Of a stretch of 64,000 bases of DNA, positions 19,901 to 28,120 are shown piece by piece. Position numbers and translations under genes: made by a program. Each line of letters starts with the position of its first letter. The first letter of the stretch is position 1. This DNA comes from Candidatus Moraniibacteriota bacterium. Its GTDB lineage: Bacteria; Patescibacteriota; Minisyncoccia; Moranbacterales; UBA1568. The stretch spans positions 5,565 through 69,564 of the forward strand of contig JBATLQ010000045.1 in NCBI GenBank assembly GCA_049289395.1, read 5' to 3'. Under the pieces are notes generated by a model. It worked only from the letters and a program-made list of their open reading frames with translations. It had not been told where the DNA came from and ran no database searches.

Positions 19901-20000
19901 AATCGAAGGTGGTATGGTCAGCCTCGCTCAAGACGGCATCCTCGCCGCCCTCGAAGGTCGCACCACCCTCGCCGAAGTCGCCCGCGTGACGGAGGAGTAA
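16971..20000 (+). CDS. pilB: type IV pilus/T2SS assembly ATPase PilB/GspE, tandem-duplicated fusion (two complete ATPase cores)
   Basis: 1009 aa; two Walker A LNTGPTGSGKTTTLY (nt ~17895 and ~19240), two Walker B DIILVGEIRDEETA/DIMMIGEIRDEETA, two His boxes GHLVLSTLHAN, two tetra-Cys clusters; one N-terminal T2SSE_N-like domain. Confidence 0.85.
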   Translation: MVQVIQGTQNDDLSKQSSELDEQLQKIKTASIEEEASRLASECGLAYADLHLFPILAEDIRLVPEEDATKLQIALFQQSGKTAHFGMIEPGNEDSRNAITKLCEKNDWKPVLHVISQPSFDKAIAIYHDAPLIKSLDLMRVSLTGADLENFEKNFGMLLDLEHTFQKVSTSQVIETILAGAKQMRASDIHLEPEEEATRLRYRIDGVLQDIGKFPKSVYHLATSRIKMLGKMRLNIRDRAQDGHFFIDLDGKRIDIRVNSIPGKYGENINMRLLSADSLVAKVEELGLRGLAYDAVRSEIGKPHGMILNTGPTGSGKTTTLYTLLGQMNEPGNKIITIEDPIEYSLKGIVQTEVAKGGQYTFADGLRAIVRQDPDIILVGEIRDEETADIAVNAALTGHLVLSTLHANSASAAVPRLLELGMKREMITSSVNCFIAQRLVRVLCDTCKTSYEPARETVDSLKELIAIISPKSKVDIPKEIPVLWKSVGCPSCNMTGFRGRKGIFEVLLMSQPVTQVINDLGTEDAILRTALEDGMVTMTQDGILKSIEGLTTLEEVWRVADQADILRDIYNELMPSALSRSSVIPTPLLEKVKAHLGNFTDFSAFTKELPQNEFFRAIFAAALLLRAGDIHLEPTDTEVLVRLRIDGILQTVTTFPKNNYPAILGEVKLWAGLKSGEQAGVVDGRFSISIEEPFENITNVQTDIRLSIILGGFGETSVMRLLSKNAVKLELSSLHIRKENLARIEAAIKKPNGMILNTGPTGSGKTTTLYSILSGLNKPEVKIITVEDPIEYQMPGILQTQVNNEQGYSFAQALRALLRQNPDIMMIGEIRDEETAQIAVQAAITGHLVLSTLHANSAAGAIPRMLNMGVTGDDLANAGNCFIAQRLVRHLCENCREAVTPTTEEATLIENYLSKITPASGIEKPSAEKIYQARGCEKCNGTGYTGQIVLSEALTVDQSIEELISHNALASEIEAKAIEGGMVSLAQDGILAALEGRTTLAEVARVTEE

Positions 20001-20039
20001 GGCAAGAGAGCCTAGGGCTCTTAGAGAATTTAGAGCTTT

Positions 20040-20230
20040 TAGGAACAAAAAAAAGAGACTTCATCACGAAGCCTCTTTTAATTGTCTGCAAGAGAGGGGA
20101 TAAAATGAAACCAAAAAGGAGCGAGAGCGGTCGTTCCCCTTTTTGAGGGGTGCGACCGCTGTTTCCAAAAAGTAAATTTGAGAAACCAAAAGAGACTTCG
20201 TGATGAAGCCTCTTTTACTTATAATTTACA
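20040..20230. repeat. composite repeat region: two inverted hairpin copies flanking REP-like copy C (20121-20175)
   Basis: aaaagagacttcATCACgaagcctctttt (20050-20080) and aaaagagacttcGTGATgaagcctctttt (20188-20216), loops mutually reverse-complementary; core GCGGTCGTTCCCCTTTTTGAGGGGTGCGACCGCTG between. Confidence 0.6.
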
Positions 20231-20251
20231 AATAAAAAAAGGAGGCTCGTT

Positions 20252-20601
20252 TTAAAAGCCTCCATTCACTTCGTCCCGGCGCGATTTACGACACCGAGAA
20301 GCGGTGCCCGATGCTGTCTCGTCAGTGAGCTTGCTCAAAACGACGAAGCTACCCACCGGAATGCCAATCCTCAACTGTTCGCGAGGAAGGGTCAGGATCA
20401 CCCCGCCGAATTCACCTTCATCCTCGGGTTCCACAAACTCGAGAGTCACAGCATTCCCGAAGCGCTCAAAGAATTCGCCTTCGTCCAGGTCTACAGGCGC
20501 AATCCGCGAAGCATCCAGTACGACCGGACCATTCCCGCCTGCATCTTGTTCGATGCTGACGGCATCCGTTTCCAGCAAGCCCATTCGTTCCAACATACAC
20601 T
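20252..20601 (-). CDS. small acidic hypothetical protein (~116 aa)
   Basis: start MKCMLERMG with strong SD (AGGAGGG); listed 195-aa ORF is an upstream extension through a structured leader. Confidence 0.45.
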
Positions 20602-20846
20602 TCATGATGCTACCCTCCTTCGTGGTTGAACAAAAAAATAGAAACCCAGTCGAACTGAAGACAATCCACAGACATAGGAGCCCACGGGAAGGATCAGCGT
20701 CGAGGTATGGCCCAGCCGAAACCAGCCCACCCGATCTTGACAAAAAGATCCCATAACTGAAGGGAAAAGATAGTGCCCTCCAGCTGTCTTCAGTTAGACT
20801 GGATTTCCATTTGAAATGCAATCGAAACAAACCCACCACATTTTCA
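20602..20846 (-). promoter_or_regulatory. structured ~245-nt 5' leader (candidate cis-regulatory RNA)
   Basis: 17-bp closing stem CAGTCGAACTGAAGACA (20647-20663) / TGTCTTCAGTTAGACTG (20785-20801) enclosing 121 nt with internal GATCTT-gacaaa-AAGATC hairpin; U-run before RBS on minus strand. Confidence 0.3.
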
Positions 20847-20860
20847 AAATACGACCCTGT

Positions 20861-20889
20861 ATACTAGCATAGCTTTGATTTTATGTCAA
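20861..20889 (-). promoter_or_regulatory. sigma70-like promoter (minus) TTGACA-17-TAGTAT
   Basis: plus atacta 20861-20866 and tgtcaa 20884-20889; 17-nt spacer. Confidence 0.5.
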
Positions 20890-20977
20890 CCCCGTTTCAA
20901 ATTTCATCAAAAAACATGCACTTTTGGCTTATAAAAGGCATAATACAATGAATCACACAATAGATACCAATCATTAT

Positions 20978-21006
20978 TTGAAATCGGGGTCAACAGGTGC
21001 TAAAAT
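20978..21006 (+). promoter_or_regulatory. sigma70-like promoter for ruvB TTGAAA-17-TAAAAT
   Basis: TTGAAA 20978-20983, 17-nt spacer, TAAAAT 21001-21006; ~95 nt upstream of ruvB ATG. Confidence 0.5.
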
Positions 21007-21100
21007 AGCGGTATCAAGGTATATTTTCCCCTTATTTTCAGGTATTTTTTCTCTTATCTCTAAAAACTCTAAGAGCCCTAAACCCTAAGTCTCTATTGTC

Positions 21101-22111
21101 ATGCTCACCTCATCCGTCGAACAAAATGAAGATGTCGTTCTCGACAATACACTCCGCCCTCAGACCTTCGCGGAGTATATCGGTCAGGAAAAGATCAAAG
21201 CGAATCTCGCTCTCTTCATCGAGGCGGCGCGTCGTCGTGGAGAAAACATCGAGCATGTTCTCCTCTACGGATCCGCCGGACTCGGGAAGACCACCCTCGC
21301 CAATATCATCGCCAAAGAAATGGGGGTCAATATCCGCATCACCTCGGGTCCCGCCATCGAGAAAGTCGGCGACCTCGGATCCATACTCACCAATCTCGAA
21401 CCGGGCGATGTCCTCTTCATCGATGAGATCCACCGGCTGAATAAATCCATCGAAGAAGTGCTCTATCCCGCGATGGAGGATTACAAACTCGACATCGTCA
21501 TCGGCAAAGGGCCCTCCGCCCGTACGCTCCAGCTCGACCTCCCGAAGTTCACCCTCATCGGTGCCACCACCAAGCTCGGTTCTCTCTCCAATCCCCTCCG
21601 CAACCGTTTCGGATCCATCCATCGCCTCGAATTCTATGAACCGGCCGAAATCAAACAAATCGTGAAACGATCCTCACGAATTCTTGGCGTCGAACTCGAT
21701 GAAGAAGGCGCGGATGTCATCGCCCGCTCCAGCCGTCAGACCCCGCGCGTCGCTAATCGCATACTGAAACGCGTTCGGGACTACGCGCAGGTACATCGCA
21801 ACAACACCATCGACTCTGCCTCCGCCAAAGAAGCACTCGACCTCTTCGAAATTGATCACCTCGGACTCGAACCGACCGATCATCATATCCTCCGCTCCCT
21901 CATACAGAAATTCCGCGGTGGTCCCGCCGGCATCCAGGCCATCGCCGCGGTCGTCGGTGAAGAAATACGCACCGTCGAAGAAGTCTACGAACCCTATCTC
22001 ATCCAGCTCGGCTTCCTCGCCCGCACCCCGCGCGGTCGCGTCGTCACCCCCGAAGGCTACCAACACATGAACATCCCCATGCCCGCAAATCATCAAGATA
22101 AATTGATGTAA
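21101..22111 (+). CDS. ruvB: Holliday junction DNA helicase RuvB
   Basis: 336 aa; Walker [15 protein letters not shown], Walker [11 protein letters not shown], sensor motifs; typical RuvB. Confidence 0.9.
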   Translation: MLTSSVEQNEDVVLDNTLRPQTFAEYIGQEKIKANLALFIEAARRRGENIEHVLLYGSAGLGKTTLANIIAKEMGVNIRITSGPAIEKVGDLGSILTNLEPGDVLFIDEIHRLNKSIEEVLYPAMEDYKLDIVIGKGPSARTLQLDLPKFTLIGATTKLGSLSNPLRNRFGSIHRLEFYEPAEIKQIVKRSSRILGVELDEEGADVIARSSRQTPRVANRILKRVRDYAQVHRNNTIDSASAKEALDLFEIDHLGLEPTDHHILRSLIQKFRGGPAGIQAIAAVVGEEIRTVEEVYEPYLIQLGFLARTPRGRVVTPEGYQHMNIPMPANHQDKLM

Positions 22112-22130
22112 AGAGCTTATCTCATATGGT

Positions 22131-22652
22131 ATGTCGAAATCACTGAATATACAATTTGAAAAAGCCGTGCGAATTCTGGCAGAGTATATGCCGGTATCAG
22201 ATGAAAACAGCAGAAAGCCTATCATGTTTCACGACATCCGTGTTGGTGTCTATCTGTACGAACATGGGTATTCAGAAGATATCGTGTTGGCTGGCATCTT
22301 GCATGATACGCTCGAGTGGTCGGGTGCCGACGAGCAACTCTTGAGAGATGAGTTCGGCGATACGGTGGTGAAATTGGTTCTCGCGAGCACCAAAGATGAT
22401 ACCATCGCAGATAAGATAGAAAAAACAAACGAGCTGATTCAACGATGCGTGCAAAACGGACAAGATGCTCTCATTGTAAAAACTGCTGATATTATCGATA
22501 GTTTCAAGTGGTATTCCAGTCAGAACAACGAAGACGAATTGAAAAACCATTGCATGAAGAATGCCGACGCTATTTTTAAATTCAAACCGAAAAATTTTGA
22601 CGACAAGATATTCGACGAGCTGAAAAGTTGGCAAGAGCGATCCGCAAGTTAA
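22131..22652 (+). CDS. HD-domain phosphohydrolase (small (p)ppGpp-hydrolase-like)
   Basis: 173 aa; HDIRV...LHDTLE HD motifs resembling RelA/SpoT-type hydrolase domain. Confidence 0.5.
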   Translation: MSKSLNIQFEKAVRILAEYMPVSDENSRKPIMFHDIRVGVYLYEHGYSEDIVLAGILHDTLEWSGADEQLLRDEFGDTVVKLVLASTKDDTIADKIEKTNELIQRCVQNGQDALIVKTADIIDSFKWYSSQNNEDELKNHCMKNADAIFKFKPKNFDDKIFDELKSWQERSAS

Positions 22653-22748
22653 TCTCAACATCCCCATGCCCATCGGTCACCAGAATACATTGAGTATCTC
22701 AAAAACACACTCTCGCGCCTGCCTGCTTAGGCTCTTAGTATGGCATCA

Positions 22749-23021
22749 CTACCGATCCTTGGCGGTATGCCACACCTGGAGAATTTCGATAGTATCTTCT
22801 TTGATACGATAGGAAACGAGGTAGTGTTTCTGTATGACCAATTCACGCATATTCTCTTTCGCCCCCGATCGTCCGAGATAAGGAAACCATCTCAGATTAT
22901 CCACCTGATCAAAAATTTCATGCACAAAAGAAATGGCGCGATCTTTGTTATCTCGCGCGATGTAGAGCGCGATACGATCCATATCATGAAGCCCCCGCTT
23001 CAACCATTTAATGCTTCGCAT
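22749..23021 (-). CDS. type II toxin, ParE/RelE family
   Basis: 90 aa; C-terminal YRIKEDTIEILQVWHTAKDR pattern typical of ParE/RelE; overlaps upstream antitoxin gene by 14 nt. Confidence 0.65.
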   Translation of the reverse strand: MRSIKWLKRGLHDMDRIALYIARDNKDRAISFVHEIFDQVDNLRWFPYLGRSGAKENMRELVIQKHYLVSYRIKEDTIEILQVWHTAKDR

Positions 23022-23238
23022 ATCCCCATTTTTTCATGATTGCCTCCACCTCTTTTTTCGAAGCGAATTTTCCGGCATCCGCATCCTTCATTGCTTGTTT
23101 CAAGTCTTTCAGTTGCGGAATGCGCCACGCCAAATATTCCTCCACCGCCACATGCGCAACCGAAGAAATAGACGATCCGGTCAATTCGGCGAATCGACCG
23201 ATTTTTTCCTTCAATTCATCGGACACCCGCAGTGTCAT
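23008..23238 (-). CDS. type II antitoxin (RHH/ParD-like)
   Basis: ~76 aa from MTLRVSDELKEKIGRFA; small, precedes and overlaps toxin gene. Confidence 0.55.
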   Translation of the reverse strand: MTLRVSDELKEKIGRFAELTGSSISSVAHVAVEEYLAWRIPQLKDLKQAMKDADAGKFASKKEVEAIMKKWGYAKH

Positions 23239-23409
23239 GGTATTCTGCTTCGTTCTCACACCCATACAAGAATGTATTACATATGATTACATTATAATCA
23301 TATCAGGAGATACTAAAGCGGTCAATATACTGTTCCCCTGTATGCGACCGTAACTTTCCGAAAATGCCTCCAAGGCGTATACTAGAGAAAATAAATCCAA
23401 AAAATTCCT

Positions 23410-23682
23410 ATGCATTCTCTCTTCGGTATTCTCTATGCGATCATGTTCCTCATCTTCGTCAGTGGCGCGGTGTTCATCGTCTACCACCTCCTCCGATACT
23501 CACCGACGCGGGTCGGGGCGACGATGAGCGTCACCCTCTTCCTCTCGGTCTTCCTCGTCCTCCTCTTCACGAATGCGATGCTCTTTTTCATGCTCCCGCT
23601 CGATACCTTTTTCCCGGGCATCGACATCCCTTCCATGGACTTCACTTCTGGCTCCACTGGCTTCGGTCCGTTTTCACGATAG
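23410..23682 (+). CDS. hypothetical membrane protein (90 aa)
   Basis: two long hydrophobic helices. Confidence 0.4.
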   Translation: MHSLFGILYAIMFLIFVSGAVFIVYHLLRYSPTRVGATMSVTLFLSVFLVLLFTNAMLFFMLPLDTFFPGIDIPSMDFTSGSTGFGPFSR

Positions 23683-23777
23683 GTTCACCTCCCGTACCTC
23701 TCATCTACTCTCTCATCTCATATCTATTCTCTAATCTCTCATATCTCACCTCTCAACTCTAATCTCTTCCTCTTCCT

Positions 23778-24314
23778 ATGCAACCACTCGATAATTTTCT
23801 CTCAACTGAAGAAAAAGTGCTGAAAGTATCCCATCGGCACTGGTTCGATATCCTCATGCACTTCGCCTCTATCATCGCGCTCATGGGGATGGTATTCCTT
23901 TCCTTCGTCGCGCTCCCCGCATTTTTCCCCGACCTCCTCGCTTCGGAATACGGTCGATTCTTCCTCTTCATCGAAAACACCATCGTCCTCCTCAGCTGGA
24001 TCTATTTCTTCCTCATTTGGATCGATGTCTGGTTCGACACCTGGATCATCACCGATGACCGCATCATCAACATCGAACAGAGCGGGCTCTTCTCACGCGA
24101 GGTGAGCGAACTGAAGCTCGCAAGGGTTCAGGATGTCTCCGTCGAAGTGCATGGATTCTTCCAAACTTTTCTCAATTATGGCGATGTACACATCCAGAGC
24201 GCTGGCGAAGAGGAGCGGTTCCAATTCCGCTCCGTCCCCGACCCATACGGCGTGAAGAATATCATCATGAACCATGTCCGCACCTACGGGAACAAACATC
24301 CAGATCAACAGTAA
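23778..24314 (+). CDS. bacterial PH-domain (YdbS/YdbT-like) membrane protein
   Basis: 178 aa; two N-terminal TM helices then ITDDRIINIEQSGLFSREVSELKLARVQDVSVE beta-rich segment typical of bPH_2. Confidence 0.5.
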   Translation: MQPLDNFLSTEEKVLKVSHRHWFDILMHFASIIALMGMVFLSFVALPAFFPDLLASEYGRFFLFIENTIVLLSWIYFFLIWIDVWFDTWIITDDRIINIEQSGLFSREVSELKLARVQDVSVEVHGFFQTFLNYGDVHIQSAGEEERFQFRSVPDPYGVKNIIMNHVRTYGNKHPDQQ

Positions 24315-24464
24315 ATCCCCACTTGAACAAACGCCTGAAATCAGCTAAGATGAAGGCGTTTTATTTTCCTCGAGTTATCCGATTATCTCAAGGACTTTCA
24401 TTTTTGTATTAAAATTGGTTTTAATCTCTATTCTCTATTCTCTATTCTATATTCTTCTGAAAGT

Positions 24465-25181
24465 ATGAGCGGACACTCCCACTGGGCTACCCACAAACAC
24501 CACAAAGGCATCATGGACGCCAAACGAGGCGCCATCTTCACGAAATTCGGCCGCCTCATCTCCATCGCCGCACGCGAAGGCGGTGATCCGGATATGAATT
24601 ACAAGCTCCGCCTCGCCATCGACAATGCGCGTGGGGTCAACATGCCGAAAGAAAATATCGAACGCGCCATAAAAATAGGCACCGGGGAAAATAAGGACAG
24701 CGCCATCATCGAAGAAGTACTATACGAGGCATATGGACCGAATCAGGTCGCCCTCCTCATCGAAGGACTCACCGATAACAAGAACCGCGCCGTCAGTGAA
24801 GTGAAGACCCTCCTCACGAAGAATGGCGGGAAATTCGTTCCATCAGGTTCGATTTCCTTCATGTTCAAACGATGCGGCTTCATCGTCTTCTCTCTCGAGA
24901 AATACCCTACCGATACCCTCGAGATGGAAACGATCGAATCCGGTGCAGATGATTTCAAGGTAGAAGAGGAAGTCTTCGTCGTCATCACCAAGGTCGAAGA
25001 CCTCCAGACGGTCAAAACCTACTTCGAAGGGAAAAAATTCATCCCGGAGTCAGCATCCCTCGGCTATCTCCCCACACAAACCGTCACCCTCTCCGATGAA
25101 GACCTCGAGGAATACTTCAAACTCAAAGAAATCCTCGAAGACAACGCTGATGTCTCGACCGTCTGGGACAATTTGCAGTGA
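24465..25181 (+). CDS. yebC: YebC/PmpR-family transcriptional regulator
   Basis: 238 aa; N-terminal MSGHSHWATHKHHKG signature. Confidence 0.85.
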   Translation: MSGHSHWATHKHHKGIMDAKRGAIFTKFGRLISIAAREGGDPDMNYKLRLAIDNARGVNMPKENIERAIKIGTGENKDSAIIEEVLYEAYGPNQVALLIEGLTDNKNRAVSEVKTLLTKNGGKFVPSGSISFMFKRCGFIVFSLEKYPTDTLEMETIESGADDFKVEEEVFVVITKVEDLQTVKTYFEGKKFIPESASLGYLPTQTVTLSDEDLEEYFKLKEILEDNADVSTVWDNLQ

Positions 25182-25333
25182 GCAGTAAACAGGGAGCAAT
25201 GAGCACGAAACCAGAAATACAGCGGTCTCTCCGCTGTATTTTGTTTTGAGAAAAAACCTTTCTGCTCTATCCTATAAACATCCTCTTTCTCTTTTTTTTG
25301 TTCACTGTTCGCTGTTAATTGTTATCTGATTTT

Positions 25334-25828
25334 ATGCGTATCCTCGGTATCGATCCTGGCACGGCGACGGTAGGGTGGGCGGTCATTGATTTAACGGCTG
25401 GCAAAATTGGCATCGTCGATTTCGGTCATATCAGCACCTCACCCAAGACGCCCATGACGGAGCGACTCTTAGAGATTTCCAAGGATTTGGAAGAAATTAT
25501 CACGAAATATGAGCCCGAGGAGGCAGGAGTGGAAGAACTCTTCTTCGCGAAGAATGTGAAAACCGCCATGACGGTGAGCCAAGCCCGTGGCGCGATACTC
25601 TTGACTCTAGAGAGATTTTGTGTCAATATATTCGAGTACAAACCAAATGAAATAAAACTTTCCCTCACGGGCTACGGGAGGGCGGACAAGCCACAAATGC
25701 AGGAAATGGTGAAAGCGATACTCAAACTGAAATCCATACCGAAACCGGACGATGCCGCCGATGCCTGCGCCATCGCCATCTGCCATGCGAATAGTAGGAA
25801 AATGAAAACACTGCAGGCATCAAAATAA
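25334..25828 (+). CDS. ruvC: crossover junction endodeoxyribonuclease RuvC
   Basis: MRILGIDPGTATVGWAV N-terminus (RNase H-like fold with catalytic Asp), ~164 aa; downstream of yebC as in many bacteria. Confidence 0.85.
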   Translation: MRILGIDPGTATVGWAVIDLTAGKIGIVDFGHISTSPKTPMTERLLEISKDLEEIITKYEPEEAGVEELFFAKNVKTAMTVSQARGAILLTLERFCVNIFEYKPNEIKLSLTGYGRADKPQMQEMVKAILKLKSIPKPDDAADACAIAICHANSRKMKTLQASK

Positions 25829-25964
25829 TCCCTTCTGACTAGTCTGTTTTTATTTTTATTCATAAAGTAACCAGTTATTTGTAACTAGTAACTTGGAAAA
25901 AGGGCGCGTTCGCGATATGCGTCTTCAATTACCAGTTACCAATTACGAGTTTCTCAATTAGCCT

Positions 25965-26621
25965 ATGCCCATTCATCCTCTCATCGCCTTTTTCGTAGAA
26001 TCCGGCGTGCCACTCCAGACGGTGGCACTCCTTCTCTTCCTCCCCATTATCGCGACCCTCGTCGCTCTTTTCCGTCAAATTGTCGGCATCAAGGCATTCG
26101 GCATCTACACGCCATCCATCATCACTTTCGCGCTCCTCGCTTTCGATCCAAATGGCGTGAAGTATGGCATCGCTATTTTCATCGCGGTCATCGTGGTCGG
26201 CATGCTCTCGCGCTGGTTCCTCAAGCGATTTCGCCTCCTCTATCTCCCTCGTGTCGCCATCACGCTTTCCATCGTCTCCCTTTCTATTCTCGGCATCCTC
26301 GTCCTCGGTGGTACGCAGAACCGTACCGGACTCGCTTCCGTATCCATATTTCCCCTCCTCATCATGATCACGCTCGCGGAGAAATTCGTCGCGACGCAGA
26401 TTGAGAAGGGTACAAGGGTGGCTCTTATCCTCGCCATGGAAACACTCGTCATCTCTATCGTCGGGTATGCACTCCTCAGATGGAATGCGCTCCTCCAAAT
26501 CATCCTCGCCTTCCCCTGGCTCATCCTCCTCACCTTTATCGTCAATATCCTCCTCGGGAAATGGACCGGGCTTCGGCTTACGGAATACATTCGCTTCCGG
26601 AAAATTATCAAGCACCTATAA
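25965..26621 (+). CDS. 7-TM integral membrane protein accompanying ATP-grasp enzymes
   Basis: 218 aa, seven hydrophobic helices; immediately upstream of ATP-grasp genes. Confidence 0.55.
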   Translation: MPIHPLIAFFVESGVPLQTVALLLFLPIIATLVALFRQIVGIKAFGIYTPSIITFALLAFDPNGVKYGIAIFIAVIVVGMLSRWFLKRFRLLYLPRVAITLSIVSLSILGILVLGGTQNRTGLASVSIFPLLIMITLAEKFVATQIEKGTRVALILAMETLVISIVGYALLRWNALLQIILAFPWLILLTFIVNILLGKWTGLRLTEYIRFRKIIKHL

Positions 26622-26675
26622 GAAATCTTTCTCGTTCGATGCTCCATGTTGTATGTTTCATGTTGACTGATCCGT

Positions 26676-28112
26676 ATGTTTGAATTTTTCGCGAAAAGTA
26701 GGAAGCTCCTCGGCATGAACGCGCGCAATCTCGGGTATGTGCGCTCTTTCAACAGAAAGCGTGGCATGCGCATCGCTGATCACAAACTCCTCTGCAAACG
26801 CATTCTCGCGAAAAACAATCTGCCCGTATCGACGCTCATCGCGAAAATCCATACGACAGAGGAGCTCGAGACTTTCGATTGGAATGCTCTCCCAAATAGC
26901 TTTGTGCTGAAACCAAATCGCGGCTTCGGCGGTGAAGGGATCCTCGTCGTCTATGGCAAGAAACGATCCGATCCTGCCCGCAATGCTTCGCATAGCGATG
27001 CAGGCGGGGCATGGGTGAAGGCCGACGGCTCCATCGTCACCATCGATGATATCAAGACTCATATCCGCAACATTCTCGATGGTTCATTCTCCCTCTCCAA
27101 TACTCCCGATTCCGCGTTTTTCGAAGAGCGACTCAAACTTCTCAAGCTCTTCAAGCCCTACGCATTCAAAGGCATCCCCGATATCCGCGTGATTGTTTTC
27201 AATAAAATACCCATCATGGCGATGCTCCGTCTCCCAACGCGTGCCTCCGATGGCAAGGCGAATCTCCAACAAGGCGCTATCGGACTCGGCATCGATATGG
27301 CGACCGGCACCACGACGACCGCCATCCAGGGGAAGGGCTCCATCATCGAATACGCACCCGGGACGAGACTCCCGCTCTCCGGTATCAAGATCCCCTATTG
27401 GAAAAAAATCCTCACCATGTCCGTCCAAGCACAGGAAATTTCCGGTCTCGGTTTTCTCGGAGCGGATATCGCGATCGATCGCGACCTTGGCCCCGTCATC
27501 CTCGAGCTCAACGCGCGCCCCGGACTCTCCATACAACTCGCGAATCTCTCCGGGCTGAAGGAGCGCCTCGATCGCGTGAAGGGATTGAAAATAAAAACCG
27601 TGGAGAAGGGTATCCGTGTCGGCATGGATCTCTTCGGCGGTGAGATCGAGGAAGAACTGGAAGAAATTTCCGGCCGTCGCGTCATCGGATGTATCGAAAA
27701 GGTGAAGCTGATTGGAAAAGACGGAAAGGAAATCGAGGTCGAGGCAAAAATCGATACCGGTGCCGATTCAACTTCGATCGATACCGAACTCGCGAAAAAG
27801 CTTGGTTTCTCCGATGTACTAGAGTTTTTTGAAACTATCCCGGAACCTAAAACAGACAACCAGGATGATATACGAAAAATGTCTGACGCCTACGACATAA
27901 GATATAAAAATGCTCACCCAGACCTCCGGGCTATCGTCTTCGCTCGCTCCGCGAATGGACTCAGCATGCGCCCAAAAGTAGAAGTATCACTCATCATAGA
28001 TACCGTCGAGATTTCCGCTCGCACCACCATCATCGATCGATCACGCCTCGAATACCCCGTAATCATTGGAAGAAAAAATCTCTCTAAATTTCTTGTTGAT
28101 GTAAATAAATAA
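26676..28112 (+). CDS. ATP-grasp amidoligase (RimK-related) fused to C-terminal retropepsin-like (DUF785/RimK-associated protease-like) domain
   Basis: 478 aa; ATP-grasp C-terminal motif ILELNARPGLS; C-terminal region with AKIDTGADSTSID and LIIDTVEIS Asp-Thr-Gly-like motifs. Confidence 0.55.
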   Translation: MFEFFAKSRKLLGMNARNLGYVRSFNRKRGMRIADHKLLCKRILAKNNLPVSTLIAKIHTTEELETFDWNALPNSFVLKPNRGFGGEGILVVYGKKRSDPARNASHSDAGGAWVKADGSIVTIDDIKTHIRNILDGSFSLSNTPDSAFFEERLKLLKLFKPYAFKGIPDIRVIVFNKIPIMAMLRLPTRASDGKANLQQGAIGLGIDMATGTTTTAIQGKGSIIEYAPGTRLPLSGIKIPYWKKILTMSVQAQEISGLGFLGADIAIDRDLGPVILELNARPGLSIQLANLSGLKERLDRVKGLKIKTVEKGIRVGMDLFGGEIEEELEEISGRRVIGCIEKVKLIGKDGKEIEVEAKIDTGADSTSIDTELAKKLGFSDVLEFFETIPEPKTDNQDDIRKMSDAYDIRYKNAHPDLRAIVFARSANGLSMRPKVEVSLIIDTVEISARTTIIDRSRLEYPVIIGRKNLSKFLVDVNK

Positions 28113-28120
28113 AAAAACTT

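Noticed and set aside
18993-20048. 351-aa minus-strand ORF opposite second half of pilB
   Set aside because: Antisense shadow ORF of the PilB coding region; acidic low-complexity composition.
20640-20810. Possible SRP (4.5S) or 6S RNA
   Set aside because: The long closing helix is reminiscent of those RNAs, but the SRP domain IV GGAA/AGCAGCC motifs are not found on either strand; kept only as a generic structured leader.
25829-25964. TAACCAGTTA/TTACCAGTTACC repeats upstream of the 7TM gene as an operator
   Set aside because: Short AT-rich repeats in an AT-rich spacer; not clearly above chance without statistics.
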